A DNA stretch of 64,000 nucleotides from Woeseiaceae bacterium (GTDB lineage Bacteria > Pseudomonadota > Gammaproteobacteria > Steroidobacterales > Woeseiaceae). Where the stretch lies: positions 2,483,874 through 2,547,873 of the forward strand of contig OZ246973.1 in NCBI GenBank assembly GCA_965232445.1, in the 5' to 3' direction. The notes beneath the pieces were generated by a model that saw only the letters and a program-made list of their open reading frames with translations, did not search any database and had not been told where the DNA came from. This document shows, in pieces, positions 33,525 through 44,413 of this stretch (within the stretch, counting starts at the first letter, position 1; each line of letters begins with the position of its first letter). A program made the translations under genes and the position numbers.

Positions 33525-34115
33525 TCACTCGGCGAACGTGATCTCCCGAACTTCCGCCTCGATGCTGCCTTCCATCCATTCGCTGGGGACCCGATCAGCA
33601 GTGTAGAACTTGCCCGATTCCATTTGCCAGATATAGCCTGGCCGTAACGGTGTGTTGTTTTCCGAGAAGACGACATTGGCAGCCACCGGCAGGAAGTCCT
33701 CTTCCGTGATGATGTTGCCATTGCTGTCCTTGAAGTAGACCACGACTTCGACCCGATCCAGGGTTCTGTCGCCGTTGTTCCGCAGCTTGAATTGCACGCC
33801 GGGCACGTTCTCGCTGCTGTAGGTATCGATGTATCGCGCGGAGAGGTCGTACAGTTCCACGTACTCGTCGATATAGGCGGCTTCCGCTGCTTCCTGACCG
33901 TTCGCCGATTCCTGGCGATCGTTTGCATCGAGTTCCGCGGACACCCGCTCGCGCCCGGAGTCTTCGCCGAATGCCGATGACAGGCCATCCGAGAGCTCCT
34001 CGGCAGCCGACTCGAAGGCCGAGCGCATCTCGTATTTCAGGTGCTCGCGCCCGGCAAAGTAGCCGATGATGACGCCGATGAGTACGGCAACGACGGTGGC
34101 AGAGAATCTGTTCAT
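33525..34115 (-). CDS. hypothetical membrane-anchored protein
   Basis: 196 aa with an N-terminal TM (ATVVAVLIGVIIGYFAG), an acidic linker and a beta-rich C-terminal domain. Confidence 0.6.
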   Translation of the reverse strand: MNRFSATVVAVLIGVIIGYFAGREHLKYEMRSAFESAAEELSDGLSSAFGEDSGRERVSAELDANDRQESANGQEAAEAAYIDEYVELYDLSARYIDTYSSENVPGVQFKLRNNGDRTLDRVEVVVYFKDSNGNIITEEDFLPVAANVVFSENNTPLRPGYIWQMESGKFYTADRVPSEWMEGSIEAEVREITFAE

Positions 34116-34298
34116 GTCGGTCCCCAGCGAGGATTTCAGGCCGGTATTCTACTATCGACGCGCCGGCAGGCATGGTCACTTGCGCACGTTTTGGGACCCG
34201 GATCGGAGGTCGGCAGGGACCTCCGATTGATATTCGGTATTCCCGGGAGCAGAATCGCTGCGACGAGGGCCAGCCCGCGCTTTCCTGTCGAAACGAGA

Positions 34299-35246
34299 AT
34301 GAAAAATCCTGTCTACGTCTACAAAGGCGACGATATCGCGCGTTACGGATTCGGCGATCCGCATCCGTTCGGCACGGACCGCCACGACGTATTTCACAAG
34401 GAACTCGAGTCGGCGAATGTCGACGGAATAAAGCTCGCCCACGGGCGGCGCGCGAACGTTGACGAGCTGGCGCTATTCCACACGGCCGAATACATCGAGA
34501 AGGTCTCCCGCCTATCGGCGGAGGGCAGGGGCTTCCTCGACGAGGGCGACACCCCGGCGGTGAAGGGCATCTTCGACGCTGCGTCGGATGTCGTGGGCGC
34601 GGTTCTCGATGCCGCGGACCGAATCATGCACGGGGAAATGACGCGCGCGTTCGTCCCCATCGCGGGGCTGCATCACGCGGCGCGCGACCGCGCTGCCGGT
34701 TTCTGCGTCTTCAACGATTGCGGCATTGTCGCGGAGTACCTGCGGAAGAACTACGGCTTGCGGCGGATCGCCTATATCGACATCGATGCGCATCACGGCG
34801 ATGGGGTCTTCTATGGCTTCGAAGACGATCCGGATCTGGTCTTCGCGGACATCCACGAAGACGGCCGTTACCTGTATCCGGGCACCGGCGCCGAGTCCGA
34901 AACCGGCACCGGCCGGGCGCGCGGCACGAAGCTCAACATCCCGCTGGCGCCCGGCGCCGACGACACCGAGTTCCGCGCCGCCTGGCGCCGGGTCGAAGAC
35001 TACCTGAACGCGGCGAAGCCTGAGTTCATCCTGTTTCAGTGCGGCGCGGACAGCCTGGACGGCGATCCGATCACGCACCTGTCGTTCAGCTCCGCTGCCC
35101 ACGGTGAGGCGGCGGCCGCGCTGTGCCGGATCGCCGACGCGCACGCCAATGGGCGCATCATCGGTACCGGCGGTGGAGGGTACAACCGCCGCAATCTTGC
35201 CGTGGCCTGGACCGCCGTCGTCAGATCCTTCGCAGCGGCTGCCTGA
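34299..35246 (+). CDS. histone deacetylase / acetoin utilisation (AcuC)-family deacetylase
   Basis: Typical Zn-deacetylase motifs are present ([27 protein letters not shown]). The start is re-called to ATG 34299 (MKNPVYVY). Confidence 0.87.
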   Translation: MKNPVYVYKGDDIARYGFGDPHPFGTDRHDVFHKELESANVDGIKLAHGRRANVDELALFHTAEYIEKVSRLSAEGRGFLDEGDTPAVKGIFDAASDVVGAVLDAADRIMHGEMTRAFVPIAGLHHAARDRAAGFCVFNDCGIVAEYLRKNYGLRRIAYIDIDAHHGDGVFYGFEDDPDLVFADIHEDGRYLYPGTGAESETGTGRARGTKLNIPLAPGADDTEFRAAWRRVEDYLNAAKPEFILFQCGADSLDGDPITHLSFSSAAHGEAAAALCRIADAHANGRIIGTGGGGYNRRNLAVAWTAVVRSFAAAA

Positions 35247-35320
35247 TTGCGGCATGTCCGGCCTGCCCACCGGCCGCCGAAACAGGTAATATCGCCCGCT
35301 TCAAGACGCCCCGCCGGAGT

Positions 35321-36607
35321 ATGTTCTCGATGGTCGCCAAATCGTCCCATATCCATTCGACATCCGTATCTTCGCTCGAGGAGTTCGATCCCGAACTCGC
35401 CGCTGCGATTGCCGAAGAGAATCGGCGCCAGGAAGAGCACGTCGAACTCATTGCCTCGGAGAATTACACGAGTCCGCGGGTACTCGAGGTGCAGGGCAGT
35501 GTGCTGACCAACAAGTACGCGGAAGGCTATCCCGGCAAGCGCTACTACGGCGGTTGCGAGAACGTCGACGTGGCAGAGCAGTTGGCGATCGATCGTGCAA
35601 AGGAACTCTTCGGCGCCGACTACGCCAACGTCCAGCCGCATTCGGGCTCGCAGGCCAACGCGGCTGTCTGCATGGCCCTGCTGGAGCCGGGCGACACGTT
35701 GCTCGGTATGAGCCTGGCCGAAGGCGGCCATCTGACGCACGGCACGAAGGTCAATTTTTCCGGCAAGCTCTACAACGCCGTTCAGTACGGCATCGATCAC
35801 GATACCGGCCTCATCGACTACAAGGCGATCCGCGCGCTCGCCGAAGAGCACAAGCCCAAATTGATCATCGGCGGGTTCTCGGCTTATTCGCAGAAGATCG
35901 ACTGGGCGAAATTCCGCGAGATCGCTGACAGCGTCGGCGCGTGGCTGCTCGTCGACATGGCCCACGTAGCCGGGCTGGTCGCGACGGGCCACTATCCGAA
36001 TCCCGTGCCCCATGCCGACGTCGTCACGACGACCACGCACAAGACGCTGCGCGGACCTCGCGGCGGCTTGATACTTGCGAAAGCGAACGACGAGATCACG
36101 AAGAAATTCAATTCGCTGGTCTTCCCGGGCACCCAGGGCGGCCCGCTGATGCACGTCATCGCCGCGAAGGCGGTCGCCTTCAAAGAGGCGCTGGAACCTT
36201 CGTTCCGCGACTACCAGGCGCAGGTCATCGAGAACGCGAAGACGATGGCCGCGACACTCGACGAGCGAGGCTATCCAATTGTCTCCGGCGGCACTGAGAA
36301 CCATCTGATGCTGGTCAGCCTGATCGATCGTGGCATCACCGGGAAGGACGCCGACGCCGCGCTCGGCCGCGCGAACATTACGGTCAACAAGAACGCAGTC
36401 CCCAACGACCCGCAGTCGCCGTTCGTGACCAGCGGACTGCGGCTCGGCACGCCAGCCATCACGACACGCGGCTTCGGGGTCGACGAGACGCGCCTCCTGT
36501 CGGGCTGGATTGCGGATATACTGGACGACATCGAGAACGAGGAAACCATCGAACGCGTACGCCAGCAGGTACTCGAGCTGTGCGCGCGGTTCCCGGTGTA
36601 CGTCTGA
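35321..36607 (+). CDS. glyA: serine hydroxymethyltransferase
   Basis: [38 protein letters not shown] and [14 protein letters not shown] (PLP lysine). The start is re-called to ATG 35321 (alternatively ATG 35330). Confidence 0.97.
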   Translation: MFSMVAKSSHIHSTSVSSLEEFDPELAAAIAEENRRQEEHVELIASENYTSPRVLEVQGSVLTNKYAEGYPGKRYYGGCENVDVAEQLAIDRAKELFGADYANVQPHSGSQANAAVCMALLEPGDTLLGMSLAEGGHLTHGTKVNFSGKLYNAVQYGIDHDTGLIDYKAIRALAEEHKPKLIIGGFSAYSQKIDWAKFREIADSVGAWLLVDMAHVAGLVATGHYPNPVPHADVVTTTTHKTLRGPRGGLILAKANDEITKKFNSLVFPGTQGGPLMHVIAAKAVAFKEALEPSFRDYQAQVIENAKTMAATLDERGYPIVSGGTENHLMLVSLIDRGITGKDADAALGRANITVNKNAVPNDPQSPFVTSGLRLGTPAITTRGFGVDETRLLSGWIADILDDIENEETIERVRQQVLELCARFPVYV

Positions 36608-36637
36608 TACCCCGGGTCGATGCGTTGTTGAGCGCGT

Positions 36638-37156
36638 ATGGACTGTCCCTTCTGCGGTCACGAGGACACCAAGGTCATCGACTCCCGCCTGGCGGGTGAA
36701 GGCCGCCAGATCCGGCGCCGCCGGACGTGCCTCGATTGCAACGAGCGATTCACGACCTTCGAAACGGCCGAGCTCGTCATGCCGCGGCTCATCAAGAACG
36801 ACAATAGCCGTCAGCCCTTCGACGAGAGCAAGCTGCGTAGCAGTATGGTGCGCGCGCTGGAGAAGCGGCCGGTGCCTAGCGACGAACTCGAGCAGGCTGT
36901 CGGCCGTCTGATCCACAAGCTGCGAACGATGGGTGAGCGCGAAGTGCCGTCGCGCCTTGTTGGCGAACTCGTCATGGAAGAGCTGCGCGCATTGGACGAG
37001 GTCGCCTACGTGCGTTTCGCCAGCGTCTATCGCCGCTTCCAGGACGTCACCGAGTTCGAGGAGGAGATCAAGCGCCTGCAACGCATCTCCGATGCCGCGG
37101 CGAGCCGCGAGCAAATGTCACTCCTGCCCGACCTTCTGGGCAAGAAGCGCCAGTAG
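36638..37156 (+). CDS. nrdR: transcriptional repressor NrdR
   Basis: [17 protein letters not shown]...[12 protein letters not shown] gives the zinc ribbon, followed by an ATP-cone. Confidence 0.95.
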   Translation: MDCPFCGHEDTKVIDSRLAGEGRQIRRRRTCLDCNERFTTFETAELVMPRLIKNDNSRQPFDESKLRSSMVRALEKRPVPSDELEQAVGRLIHKLRTMGEREVPSRLVGELVMEELRALDEVAYVRFASVYRRFQDVTEFEEEIKRLQRISDAAASREQMSLLPDLLGKKRQ

Positions 37157-37162
37157 AGTCCC

Positions 37163-38281
37163 GTGGCCGATTTCACATCCGGCGACGTCACGCACATGAC
37201 GCGGGCGCTCGAGCTTGCGGAGCGTGGCCGCTTCACCGCGCGGCCGAATCCAGTCGTCGGCTGTGTGGTCGTCAGGGACGGCGAAACGATCGGTGAAGGC
37301 TGGCACGTGCGCGCCGGTGAGGGGCACGCGGAGGTCAACGCGCTTGCTGACGCGGGCAATGCGCGCGGTGCGACCGTTTACGTGACGCTCGAACCCTGTA
37401 CGCATCACGGCCGGACGCCACCGTGTACCGATGCGCTCATCAAGGCGAAGGTCGGCGAGGTCGTAGTCGGCGCGCTTGACCCGAGCGACGTTGTCGATGG
37501 CGCCGGAATCGCCGGCCTCAAGGCGGCGGGCATTGACGTTCGGCAGGGGCTGCTTGCCGATGAGGCTGCGGCACAAAACCGCGGCTTTATCTCCCGGGTG
37601 AAGCGTCAGCGGCCCTGGGTGACGCTCAAGGTGGCGGCGAGCCTCGATGGCGCCGCCGCGATGAAGAACGGCGAGAGCCAGTGGATCACGAGTAAGGACT
37701 CTCGCGTAGACGTACAGCGGCTACGTGCCGCAAGCGGCGCGATCGTTACCGGGATCGGCACGGTCCTGGCAGACGATCCGTCATTGACGGTGCGCGACGA
37801 TTCAATTCCGTCAGATGTGCCGCAGCCGATCCGCGCGATCGTCGATTCGGCACTGCGGACGCCCGCCGCGGCCCGCATGCTGAGCCTCGAGGGCGATACC
37901 GTCGTGTACTGCGTCGATGACGGCGAACGCGAAGAACTGGAGGCCGCCGGCGCCATCGTTGTCCGGGTCGAACGATCGGGAGACGGCCGCGTCGTGCTGA
38001 CCGACGTCCTGCGCGATCTGGCGGTGAACCGGAACGTCAATGACATTCTCGTCGAGGCAGGCCCCGAGCTGGCGGGCTCGATGATCGAGGCCGAACTCGT
38101 CGATGAGCTTGTGATTTACCAGGCGCCCCATATCATGGGAAGCGAGACCAGACCGATGTTCTCGACGCCGGCGCTGACGGCGCTGGCGGAACGGATCGAG
38201 TTGGAGATCGCCGATGTCACGCGCATCGGGCCGGACATGAAGATTATCGCGCGGCCGCGCGGCTCGCGCTTCGAGATGTGA
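37163..38281 (+). CDS. ribD: bifunctional riboflavin biosynthesis deaminase/reductase RibD
   Basis: Deaminase motifs HAEVNAL and TLEPCTHHGRTPPC, followed by the reductase domain. The start may instead be ATG 37196. Confidence 0.95.
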   Translation: MADFTSGDVTHMTRALELAERGRFTARPNPVVGCVVVRDGETIGEGWHVRAGEGHAEVNALADAGNARGATVYVTLEPCTHHGRTPPCTDALIKAKVGEVVVGALDPSDVVDGAGIAGLKAAGIDVRQGLLADEAAAQNRGFISRVKRQRPWVTLKVAASLDGAAAMKNGESQWITSKDSRVDVQRLRAASGAIVTGIGTVLADDPSLTVRDDSIPSDVPQPIRAIVDSALRTPAAARMLSLEGDTVVYCVDDGEREELEAAGAIVVRVERSGDGRVVLTDVLRDLAVNRNVNDILVEAGPELAGSMIEAELVDELVIYQAPHIMGSETRPMFSTPALTALAERIELEIADVTRIGPDMKIIARPRGSRFEM

Positions 38282-38290
38282 TTCAGGCGG

Positions 38291-38929
38291 ATGTTTACCG
38301 GAATCGTAAGGGCAATGGGCACCATCGCGTCGATGGAGACGCGCGGCGGCGACGTACGTTTGCGCGTGCAGTCGGACGGTCTGCCCTGGTTTGACTACGA
38401 AGTGGGAGAGAGCATCTGCGTCAACGGCGTTTGCCTGACCGCCGTGGCGCTGTATGCCGACGGCTTCGATACCGACGTCTCCACCGAAACACTGCAGGTC
38501 ACCGCGCTCGGCGGGCTCGACTCCGGATCGTCCGTAAATCTCGAGCCCTCACTCAGCCTTGGCGACAGGCTGGGTGGTCATCTGGTGAGCGGACATGTGG
38601 ATTGCGTCGGCAAGGTCGTCGACCGGCACGCAGACGCGCGCTCGGTACGGCTTTCGATCGAGTTGCCGCAGGAATACAGCCGCTACGTCGCCCGCAAAGG
38701 CTCGGTGACTGTCGATGGTGTGAGCCTTACCATCAACGAGGTATCGGGCAATCGCTTCGAATTGAATATCATCCCGCATACCGCCGAAGTCACGATCATC
38801 GGTCAGTACAGCGTGGGCTCGACCGTCAATATCGAGGTCGATCTGCTGGCACGCTACCTCGAGCGACTGCTCGGCAAAGACGAGGACGGGATGTCCGTCG
38901 AATTCCTCAAAGAGCACGGCTATGCCTGA
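38291..38929 (+). CDS. ribE: riboflavin synthase
   Basis: MFTGIV start and the internal duplication typical of the riboflavin synthase alpha chain (GESICVNGVCLT and GSVTVDGVSLT). Confidence 0.95.
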   Translation: MFTGIVRAMGTIASMETRGGDVRLRVQSDGLPWFDYEVGESICVNGVCLTAVALYADGFDTDVSTETLQVTALGGLDSGSSVNLEPSLSLGDRLGGHLVSGHVDCVGKVVDRHADARSVRLSIELPQEYSRYVARKGSVTVDGVSLTINEVSGNRFELNIIPHTAEVTIIGQYSVGSTVNIEVDLLARYLERLLGKDEDGMSVEFLKEHGYA

Positions 38930-40058
38930 CACCACTTCCAACGTAGAGACTCTCGACAACGCCTTCAGCAACATCGAAGACATCATCGCCGATATCCGCG
39001 CCGGCAAGATGGTCATCATGGTCGATGACGAGAATCGCGAGAACGAGGGCGATCTCCTGATGGCCGCCGAGCGGGTGCGGGCCGAGGACATCAACTACAT
39101 GGCGACGCACGGCCGCGGGCTCATCTGCCTGACGCTCTCGCGGGAGCGCTGCTCGCAGCTCCGGCTGCCGTTGATGGTCAGCGACACTGACCGTCATCAC
39201 GCCACGAATTTCACGATCTCGATCGAGGCGGCCGACGGCATCACGACCGGCATCTCGGCGCACGATCGTGCGCGGACGGTGCAGGCGGCGGTTGCGGCCA
39301 ATGCTCAGCCGGAAGACTTGCGTCAGCCCGGCCACATTTTTCCGGTCATGGCGCAGCCCGGCGGCGTCCTGACCCGCGCCGGCCACACCGAGGCAGGTTG
39401 TGACCTCGCGCGGCTCGCCGGACTCGAGCCGTCCGCGGTCATCGTCGAGATCCTCAAGGAGGACGGCAGCATGGCGCGTCGTCCCGATCTGGAACGCTTC
39501 TCGCGCGAGCATGGCATCCGCATCGGCACCATTGCCGACCTCATCAGCTACCGCCTCGAGAAGGAACGCAATATCGAGCGGATATCCGAGATACCCGTCG
39601 AAACGAAGCACGGCGAGTTCCGGATGATCTGCTACGACGATCTGATCAACCGTGCCGTGCACGTTGCCCTGGTGAAAGGCGACGTCTCGAAGGCCGACAA
39701 TCCGCTGGTGCGAGTGCACATCCAGGATACGCTGGGCGATGTGGTCGGTGTGAAGAGCCCGTCACTCGGCTGGCCGCTCGATTCGGCGATCGAGAGAATC
39801 GCAGCGGAAGAGGCCGGGGTGATCGTATTGCTGCGCGAGCAGGAGACGTCTCGCGACTTCGTCGATGCGGTCGAGAATCTGGGCCGGCATCGTGACGACC
39901 TGACCGAACACCGCTCCGGCGACGCGGTACTGCGAACCTACGGGATCGGTGCGCAGATCCTGCGCGATCTCGGCCTGCATAGAATCCGTGTATTATCCGC
40001 ACCCAAGCACATGTACGCGATCTCCGGGTTCGACATCGAGATCACCGAATACGTCTGA
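38922..40058 (+). CDS. ribBA: bifunctional 3,4-dihydroxy-2-butanone-4-phosphate synthase / GTP cyclohydrolase II-like RibBA
   Basis: DDENRENEGDL and the HTEAG region mark the DHBP synthase half, followed by a C-terminal cyclohydrolase II-like half. It overlaps the ribE stop by 8 nt. Confidence 0.93.
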   Translation: MPDTTSNVETLDNAFSNIEDIIADIRAGKMVIMVDDENRENEGDLLMAAERVRAEDINYMATHGRGLICLTLSRERCSQLRLPLMVSDTDRHHATNFTISIEAADGITTGISAHDRARTVQAAVAANAQPEDLRQPGHIFPVMAQPGGVLTRAGHTEAGCDLARLAGLEPSAVIVEILKEDGSMARRPDLERFSREHGIRIGTIADLISYRLEKERNIERISEIPVETKHGEFRMICYDDLINRAVHVALVKGDVSKADNPLVRVHIQDTLGDVVGVKSPSLGWPLDSAIERIAAEEAGVIVLLREQETSRDFVDAVENLGRHRDDLTEHRSGDAVLRTYGIGAQILRDLGLHRIRVLSAPKHMYAISGFDIEITEYV

Positions 40059-40068
40059 GCACGGCAAA

Positions 40069-40542
40069 ATGGACAAGATCAAGACAGTCGAGGGCGACCT
40101 CGTGGTTCGCGATGCGCGGTTCGCCATCGTCGCGTCACGATTCAACGAATTCATCGTGGAATCCCTGATCAAGGGATCGGTTCACTGTCTTCGTCAGCAT
40201 GGCGCGAACGACGCCGACATCGAGATCGTGCGTGTCCCCGGTTCCTTCGAAATGCCGGTGGCGGTCGGCAAACTCGCCGCGTCCAGACGCTTCGACGGCA
40301 TCATCGCCCTGGGGGCGGTCATCCGCGGCGGCACGCCGCACTTCGACTACGTCGCTGGCGAGTGCGTCAAGGGGATATCGACGGCCTCGCAGCAACACGG
40401 CGTACCCATCGGCTTCGGCGTTCTGACCGTCGACACGATCGAGCAAGCCATCGAGCGCGCCGGTACCAAGGCCGGGAACAAGGGCGAAGAAGCGACCATG
40501 GCCGTGATCGAAATGGTCAATCTGCTTCGCCGCATCGACTAG
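40069..40542 (+). CDS. ribH: 6,7-dimethyl-8-ribityllumazine synthase
   Basis: RFAIVASRFNEFIVESLIKG...VPGSFEMP...GAVIRGGTPHFDYV. The start is re-called to ATG 40069. Confidence 0.95.
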   Translation: MDKIKTVEGDLVVRDARFAIVASRFNEFIVESLIKGSVHCLRQHGANDADIEIVRVPGSFEMPVAVGKLAASRRFDGIIALGAVIRGGTPHFDYVAGECVKGISTASQQHGVPIGFGVLTVDTIEQAIERAGTKAGNKGEEATMAVIEMVNLLRRID

Positions 40543-40546
40543 CTAC

Positions 40547-40990
40547 ATGGGCAAGCCATCTTCATCCGGCGCGCGAACGCGTTCGCGCGAACTGGTGCTG
40601 CAAGCGCTGTATCAGAAACAGATCGCGGGTCATGAGTGCGGCGAATTGCTGGCGCAGTTCCGCGAGCAGACCGCGTACCAGCGTGTCGATCAGGAGCATT
40701 TCGAGGAGATGCTCAAGGCGATCTGCAAATCAGAGCAGGACCTCGACAAGGCCATCGATGACGTCATTGACCGGCCGTTGGAGCAACTCGACCCGGTCGA
40801 GCGTGCCGTGTTGCTCATCGGTGTATTCGAGCTTAAGGAACGCATCGATGTGCCGTATCGCGTCGTCATCAACGAGGGCGTGAATCTGGCGAAGCGCTTC
40901 GGCGCCATCGACGGGCACAAGTACATCAATGCCTGCCTCGACAATGCCGCGCAGTCGTATCGAGAAATCGAGATCGGCGCGGGCATGTAG
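40547..40990 (+). CDS. nusB: transcription antitermination factor NusB
   Basis: RSRELVLQALYQ start region, about 147 aa, in the conserved position after ribH. Confidence 0.95.
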   Translation: MGKPSSSGARTRSRELVLQALYQKQIAGHECGELLAQFREQTAYQRVDQEHFEEMLKAICKSEQDLDKAIDDVIDRPLEQLDPVERAVLLIGVFELKERIDVPYRVVINEGVNLAKRFGAIDGHKYINACLDNAAQSYREIEIGAGM

Positions 40991-41006
40991 AACCGGTCGC
41001 GGGCCG

Positions 41007-41933
41007 ATGGACGAATTCGAACTCATCCGCCGATACTTCTCGCACTCCGACAAAGACGGCAAGGTTCCTCTGGGCATCGGCGACGACGGTGCGGTTCTCG
41101 TGCCGACGCCAGGCGCCTATCAGGTTCAGGTCATGGATACGCTCGTCGAGGGCGTGCATTATCCGGCCGGCTTCAATCCGGCCGACGTCGGCTATCGCGT
41201 CGTCGCCGTGAACCTGAGCGACATGGCCGCGATGGGCGCGAAGCCGCGATGGATGACGCTGGCGCTGTCGCTGAAAGAGATCGACGAGGAGTGGCTCGAG
41301 GGCTTCGCCGAGGGCCTGTACACGGCTGCGGCCGAGTACGGCGTACTGCTCGTCGGCGGCGACACCACTCGGGCGGAACAGACCGTCGCGACGATCCACA
41401 TGACCGGTGAAGTTGCGCCGGGAGAGATGCTCGCTCGGAGCGGCGCCCGGCCCGGCGAGGTCATTTGGGTCACCGGTACGCTGGGCGACGCGAGCGCCGG
41501 TTTGCACGGGCTAAAGACCGGTCGCCCGGATCGCGAGCTGGCGAGCCGCTTCGCACGACCGTCGGCCAGGGTCAGCTACGGCCTCAAGCTCGCCGGGGTT
41601 GCGACCGCGGCGATCGACGTCTCTGACGGCCTGCTCGACGACCTCGGCAAGCTGCTCGAAGCAAGCGGCTACGGCGCCGAGATCAATATCGATTGGCTGC
41701 CGATCTCTGATGCTCTGGCGGCAGGTTTTTCGCGGGCCGAAGCACAGCGTTTCGCGCTGGCCGGCGGCGACGACTACGAACTGTGCTTCACGACCTCTCT
41801 CACCGAGGCCCCGGACGGCGGCTTCATGCCGGTGACGGCAATCGGCATGGTGACAGAGGAGACAGGCATCGTGACGCGCCTCGACGGCGAGATTGTAGAA
41901 GTGGCCGAGTCCGGCTACCGTCACTTCGCATGA
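41007..41933 (+). CDS. thiL: thiamine-monophosphate kinase
   Basis: MDEFELIRRYF...GIGDDGAVL...NLSDMAAMGA...GGDTT (AIR-synthase-related fold). The start is re-called to ATG 41007. Confidence 0.9.
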   Translation: MDEFELIRRYFSHSDKDGKVPLGIGDDGAVLVPTPGAYQVQVMDTLVEGVHYPAGFNPADVGYRVVAVNLSDMAAMGAKPRWMTLALSLKEIDEEWLEGFAEGLYTAAAEYGVLLVGGDTTRAEQTVATIHMTGEVAPGEMLARSGARPGEVIWVTGTLGDASAGLHGLKTGRPDRELASRFARPSARVSYGLKLAGVATAAIDVSDGLLDDLGKLLEASGYGAEINIDWLPISDALAAGFSRAEAQRFALAGGDDYELCFTTSLTEAPDGGFMPVTAIGMVTEETGIVTRLDGEIVEVAESGYRHFA

Positions 41934-42418
41934 GCGAACCGGTCGACAATCTCACGCGGAAGGTTCTGACGGACCCCGTCAATTTTCTCGCCTTCGGGTT
42001 CGGCACCGGACTGTCGCCTATTGCGCCAGGCACGGTGGGCTCCTTGCTCGGTGTCGCGCTCGCGTGGGCAACGATGGACCTGGGACTTTATGTCCAATTG
42101 GCCGTGGCGGTCGCAATATCGGTCGTAGGCGTCTGGATCTGTGGAGAAAGCGCGCGCCGGATCGGCGTCCACGATCACGGTGGCATCGTCTGGGACGAGA
42201 TCGCGGGCATGTACGTCACGCTCCTCATAGCGCCGCCGACACTGCTCGGCTATGCCTTGGGATTCGTGCTTTTCAGGCTGTTCGACATCGTCAAACCGTG
42301 GCCGATTCGGGACCTGGATCACAGACTGGGCGGAGGACTGGGAATTATGCTGGACGACCTCGCAGCCGCTCTGTATGCGTTGGTACTACTGGGTTTGTAC
42401 GGGTGGCTAATGACATGA
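41930..42418 (+). CDS. pgpA: phosphatidylglycerophosphatase A
   Basis: GFGTGLSPIAPGTVGSL and DEIAGM...FRLFDIVKPWPI motifs. The ATG overlaps the thiL TGA (ATGA). Confidence 0.9.
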   Translation: MSEPVDNLTRKVLTDPVNFLAFGFGTGLSPIAPGTVGSLLGVALAWATMDLGLYVQLAVAVAISVVGVWICGESARRIGVHDHGGIVWDEIAGMYVTLLIAPPTLLGYALGFVLFRLFDIVKPWPIRDLDHRLGGGLGIMLDDLAAALYALVLLGLYGWLMT

Positions 42419-42431
42419 CGGTGAGACACGG

Positions 42432-43736
42432 ATGGCCAGCCCGGTTAGCGAACTCAAGCGCGAGCATGACGTACCCGAGAAGATCGGTAAGTACGTCATC
42501 ATCAACAAAATCGGCAAGGGCAGCACCGGTACCGTCTACCTGTCTCACGACCCCTACTATCGCCGCGACGTAGCGATCAAGGTCTACAACATCGAAGAAG
42601 ACTCGGACGCCGACCGCGCCCGCGTCTCTCGCAAGATGTTCTTCAACGAAGCGCACATGGTCGGGATGCTGCAGCACCCGAACATCATGCCGATCTACGA
42701 CGCCGGCGAAGAAGACGGCAAGTACTACGTCGTCACCGAACACATCCAGGGTGCGCGCACGCTGGCGGCGTATTGCCGGCCCGACAATCTGCTGCGCGTC
42801 GACGACGTCGTCGAGATCATCTACAAGTGCGCCAAGGCGCTGCACTACGCGCACGGCCGAGGCGTCATCCATCGAGACATCAAGCCGTCGAATGTCATGC
42901 TGACGATCGACAACGACGTCCGCATCATCGACTTCGGGATCGCGATCGTGAACGATTCCGAGGTGTCGCGCATCGAAGGCATCGCCGGCAGCCCGAGCTA
43001 CATGTCACCCGAGCAGGTGCAGTCCGAGGAGCTAACGCCGCGTTCCGATCTGTATTCGCTGGGCGCGGTTATGTACGAGTTGCTCACCGGCTTCCGTCCG
43101 TTCCGCGCCGACAATCTGTCCAAGCTGTTGCATCAGATCGTCTACGCGACGCCGCCGCCGATCCACACCTATCGTGACGATCTTCCCGAGGAACTCGAGA
43201 ACGTGGTCGCGACGTCGATGCTCAAGGACGCGAACAAGCGTCCGAATACCGGGGCGACAATGGCGGCGGAGCTGACCCGGGTCTACAAGGATCTGCGACA
43301 GAAGTACGACAGCCTCGACAATCAGGAACACTTCGATCTGCTGCGGACGCTCACGTTCTTCCACGAGTTCTCGCACGCTGAGATCTGGGAAGTTCTCCGT
43401 GCCTCCGATTGGCACGAATACCGTGACGGCGATGACATCGTCAAGGAAGGCGAGATCGACGATCGCTTCTATATCATCGTCTCGGGCAGCGTGACCGTAG
43501 CCGCCAACGGCAACAACGTCGGCACGCTCAACAACGGCGAGTGTTTCGGTGAGACCAGCTATGTTCGTGGCGCAAAACGGCAGGCCTCGATCAAGGCCAA
43601 CGGACCAGTCACGATCCTGCGCGTCAGCTCCACGCTGATGGAGCAGGTGTCCTCGTCCTGTCAGTTGCGCTTCAACAAGGTATTCCTGCGCTCGCTGATC
43701 AACCGCCTGCAGGGTTCCGGCGGCGGCAACACCTGA
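42432..43736 (+). CDS. Hanks-type Ser/Thr protein kinase fused to a C-terminal cyclic-nucleotide-binding domain
   Basis: Kinase motifs: GKGSTGTVY (G-loop), VAIK, HRDIKPSN, DFG and SPSYMSPE. The C-terminal ~120 aa carry the cNMP-binding signature (GECFGE ... RQASIKA). Confidence 0.9.
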   Translation: MASPVSELKREHDVPEKIGKYVIINKIGKGSTGTVYLSHDPYYRRDVAIKVYNIEEDSDADRARVSRKMFFNEAHMVGMLQHPNIMPIYDAGEEDGKYYVVTEHIQGARTLAAYCRPDNLLRVDDVVEIIYKCAKALHYAHGRGVIHRDIKPSNVMLTIDNDVRIIDFGIAIVNDSEVSRIEGIAGSPSYMSPEQVQSEELTPRSDLYSLGAVMYELLTGFRPFRADNLSKLLHQIVYATPPPIHTYRDDLPEELENVVATSMLKDANKRPNTGATMAAELTRVYKDLRQKYDSLDNQEHFDLLRTLTFFHEFSHAEIWEVLRASDWHEYRDGDDIVKEGEIDDRFYIIVSGSVTVAANGNNVGTLNNGECFGETSYVRGAKRQASIKANGPVTILRVSSTLMEQVSSSCQLRFNKVFLRSLINRLQGSGGGNT

Positions 43737-44044
43737 TTGGTTCCCGCCGGCGATATGCTATTCGCCAGGACGGTTGGAGGGTCACACGCTGGTCCGATCC
43801 AATCTGGCTTCCACCCAGGGTCCGATCCAGGTTCGATCCCGAATGGATCGAACAAAACGCCCTGCGGAGCGCCTTGCAACACAGAAAGGCGCCGGTGAAT
43901 TCGGCCATATCGTGGTGGCGAATCAGCAACTGCGAATGGGATGCGACATACCTCCAGATTTGCCCACGTTTCCGACCGCGGAGCAGGTCGAGGAAGGCAG
44001 CCGTACACTGACCGACCGGAAGCCAGTTGGGGCGGGGTAGCGGA

Positions 44045-44413
44045 TTAGTCCGAGTGCCGGTCTATACATTCCGCAGTGGGCGTCCGAGTTTCCAGATCGA
44101 CAGCGGTTCCGTGGCCCACGGTGTATCGCTCGCCATTGGGCAAGACGACGTATTCGCGTCCTCGCTCGACGGCGTCAAACATGTTGTTGAGCTGCTGATC
44201 GAGGTTTCGTGCCTTCTTCTCGCTCCGGATGCACGTACTGACGTTCGGGTCCCAGAATATCGTCTCGTCGTCGTCGTGCTGACGATTCTTGATCTCATCG
44301 TCCGACGGGCCCACGAGGGCCATTACTACCGCGTCCGCGGTCAATGCCGTCACGTCGTAGGCTGAACAACCCGCGGAGAGGCACACCAGAACTATCACCA
44401 GGAATCGGAACAC
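44045..44413 (-). CDS. hypothetical lipoprotein
   Basis: 122 aa; MFRFLVIVLVCLSAGC is a signal peptide plus lipobox. Confidence 0.6.
   Translation of the reverse strand: MFRFLVIVLVCLSAGCSAYDVTALTADAVVMALVGPSDDEIKNRQHDDDETIFWDPNVSTCIRSEKKARNLDQQLNNMFDAVERGREYVVLPNGERYTVGHGTAVDLETRTPTAECIDRHSD

Noticed and set aside
35036-37114. 692-aa ORF on the minus strand, the longest unexplained ORF in the track
   Set aside because: It lies entirely antisense to glyA and nrdR, whose identities are unambiguous. Its translation is Arg/Ala/Leu/Val-rich with no motifs. This is the classic open antisense frame of high-GC coding DNA.
36608-40068. FMN (RFN) riboswitch in the rib cluster, and a TPP riboswitch near thiL
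   Set aside because: The intergenic gaps in glyA-nrdR-ribD-ribE-ribBA-ribH-nusB-thiL are only 0-30 nt or the genes overlap. There is no room for a riboswitch of about 100-150 nt.
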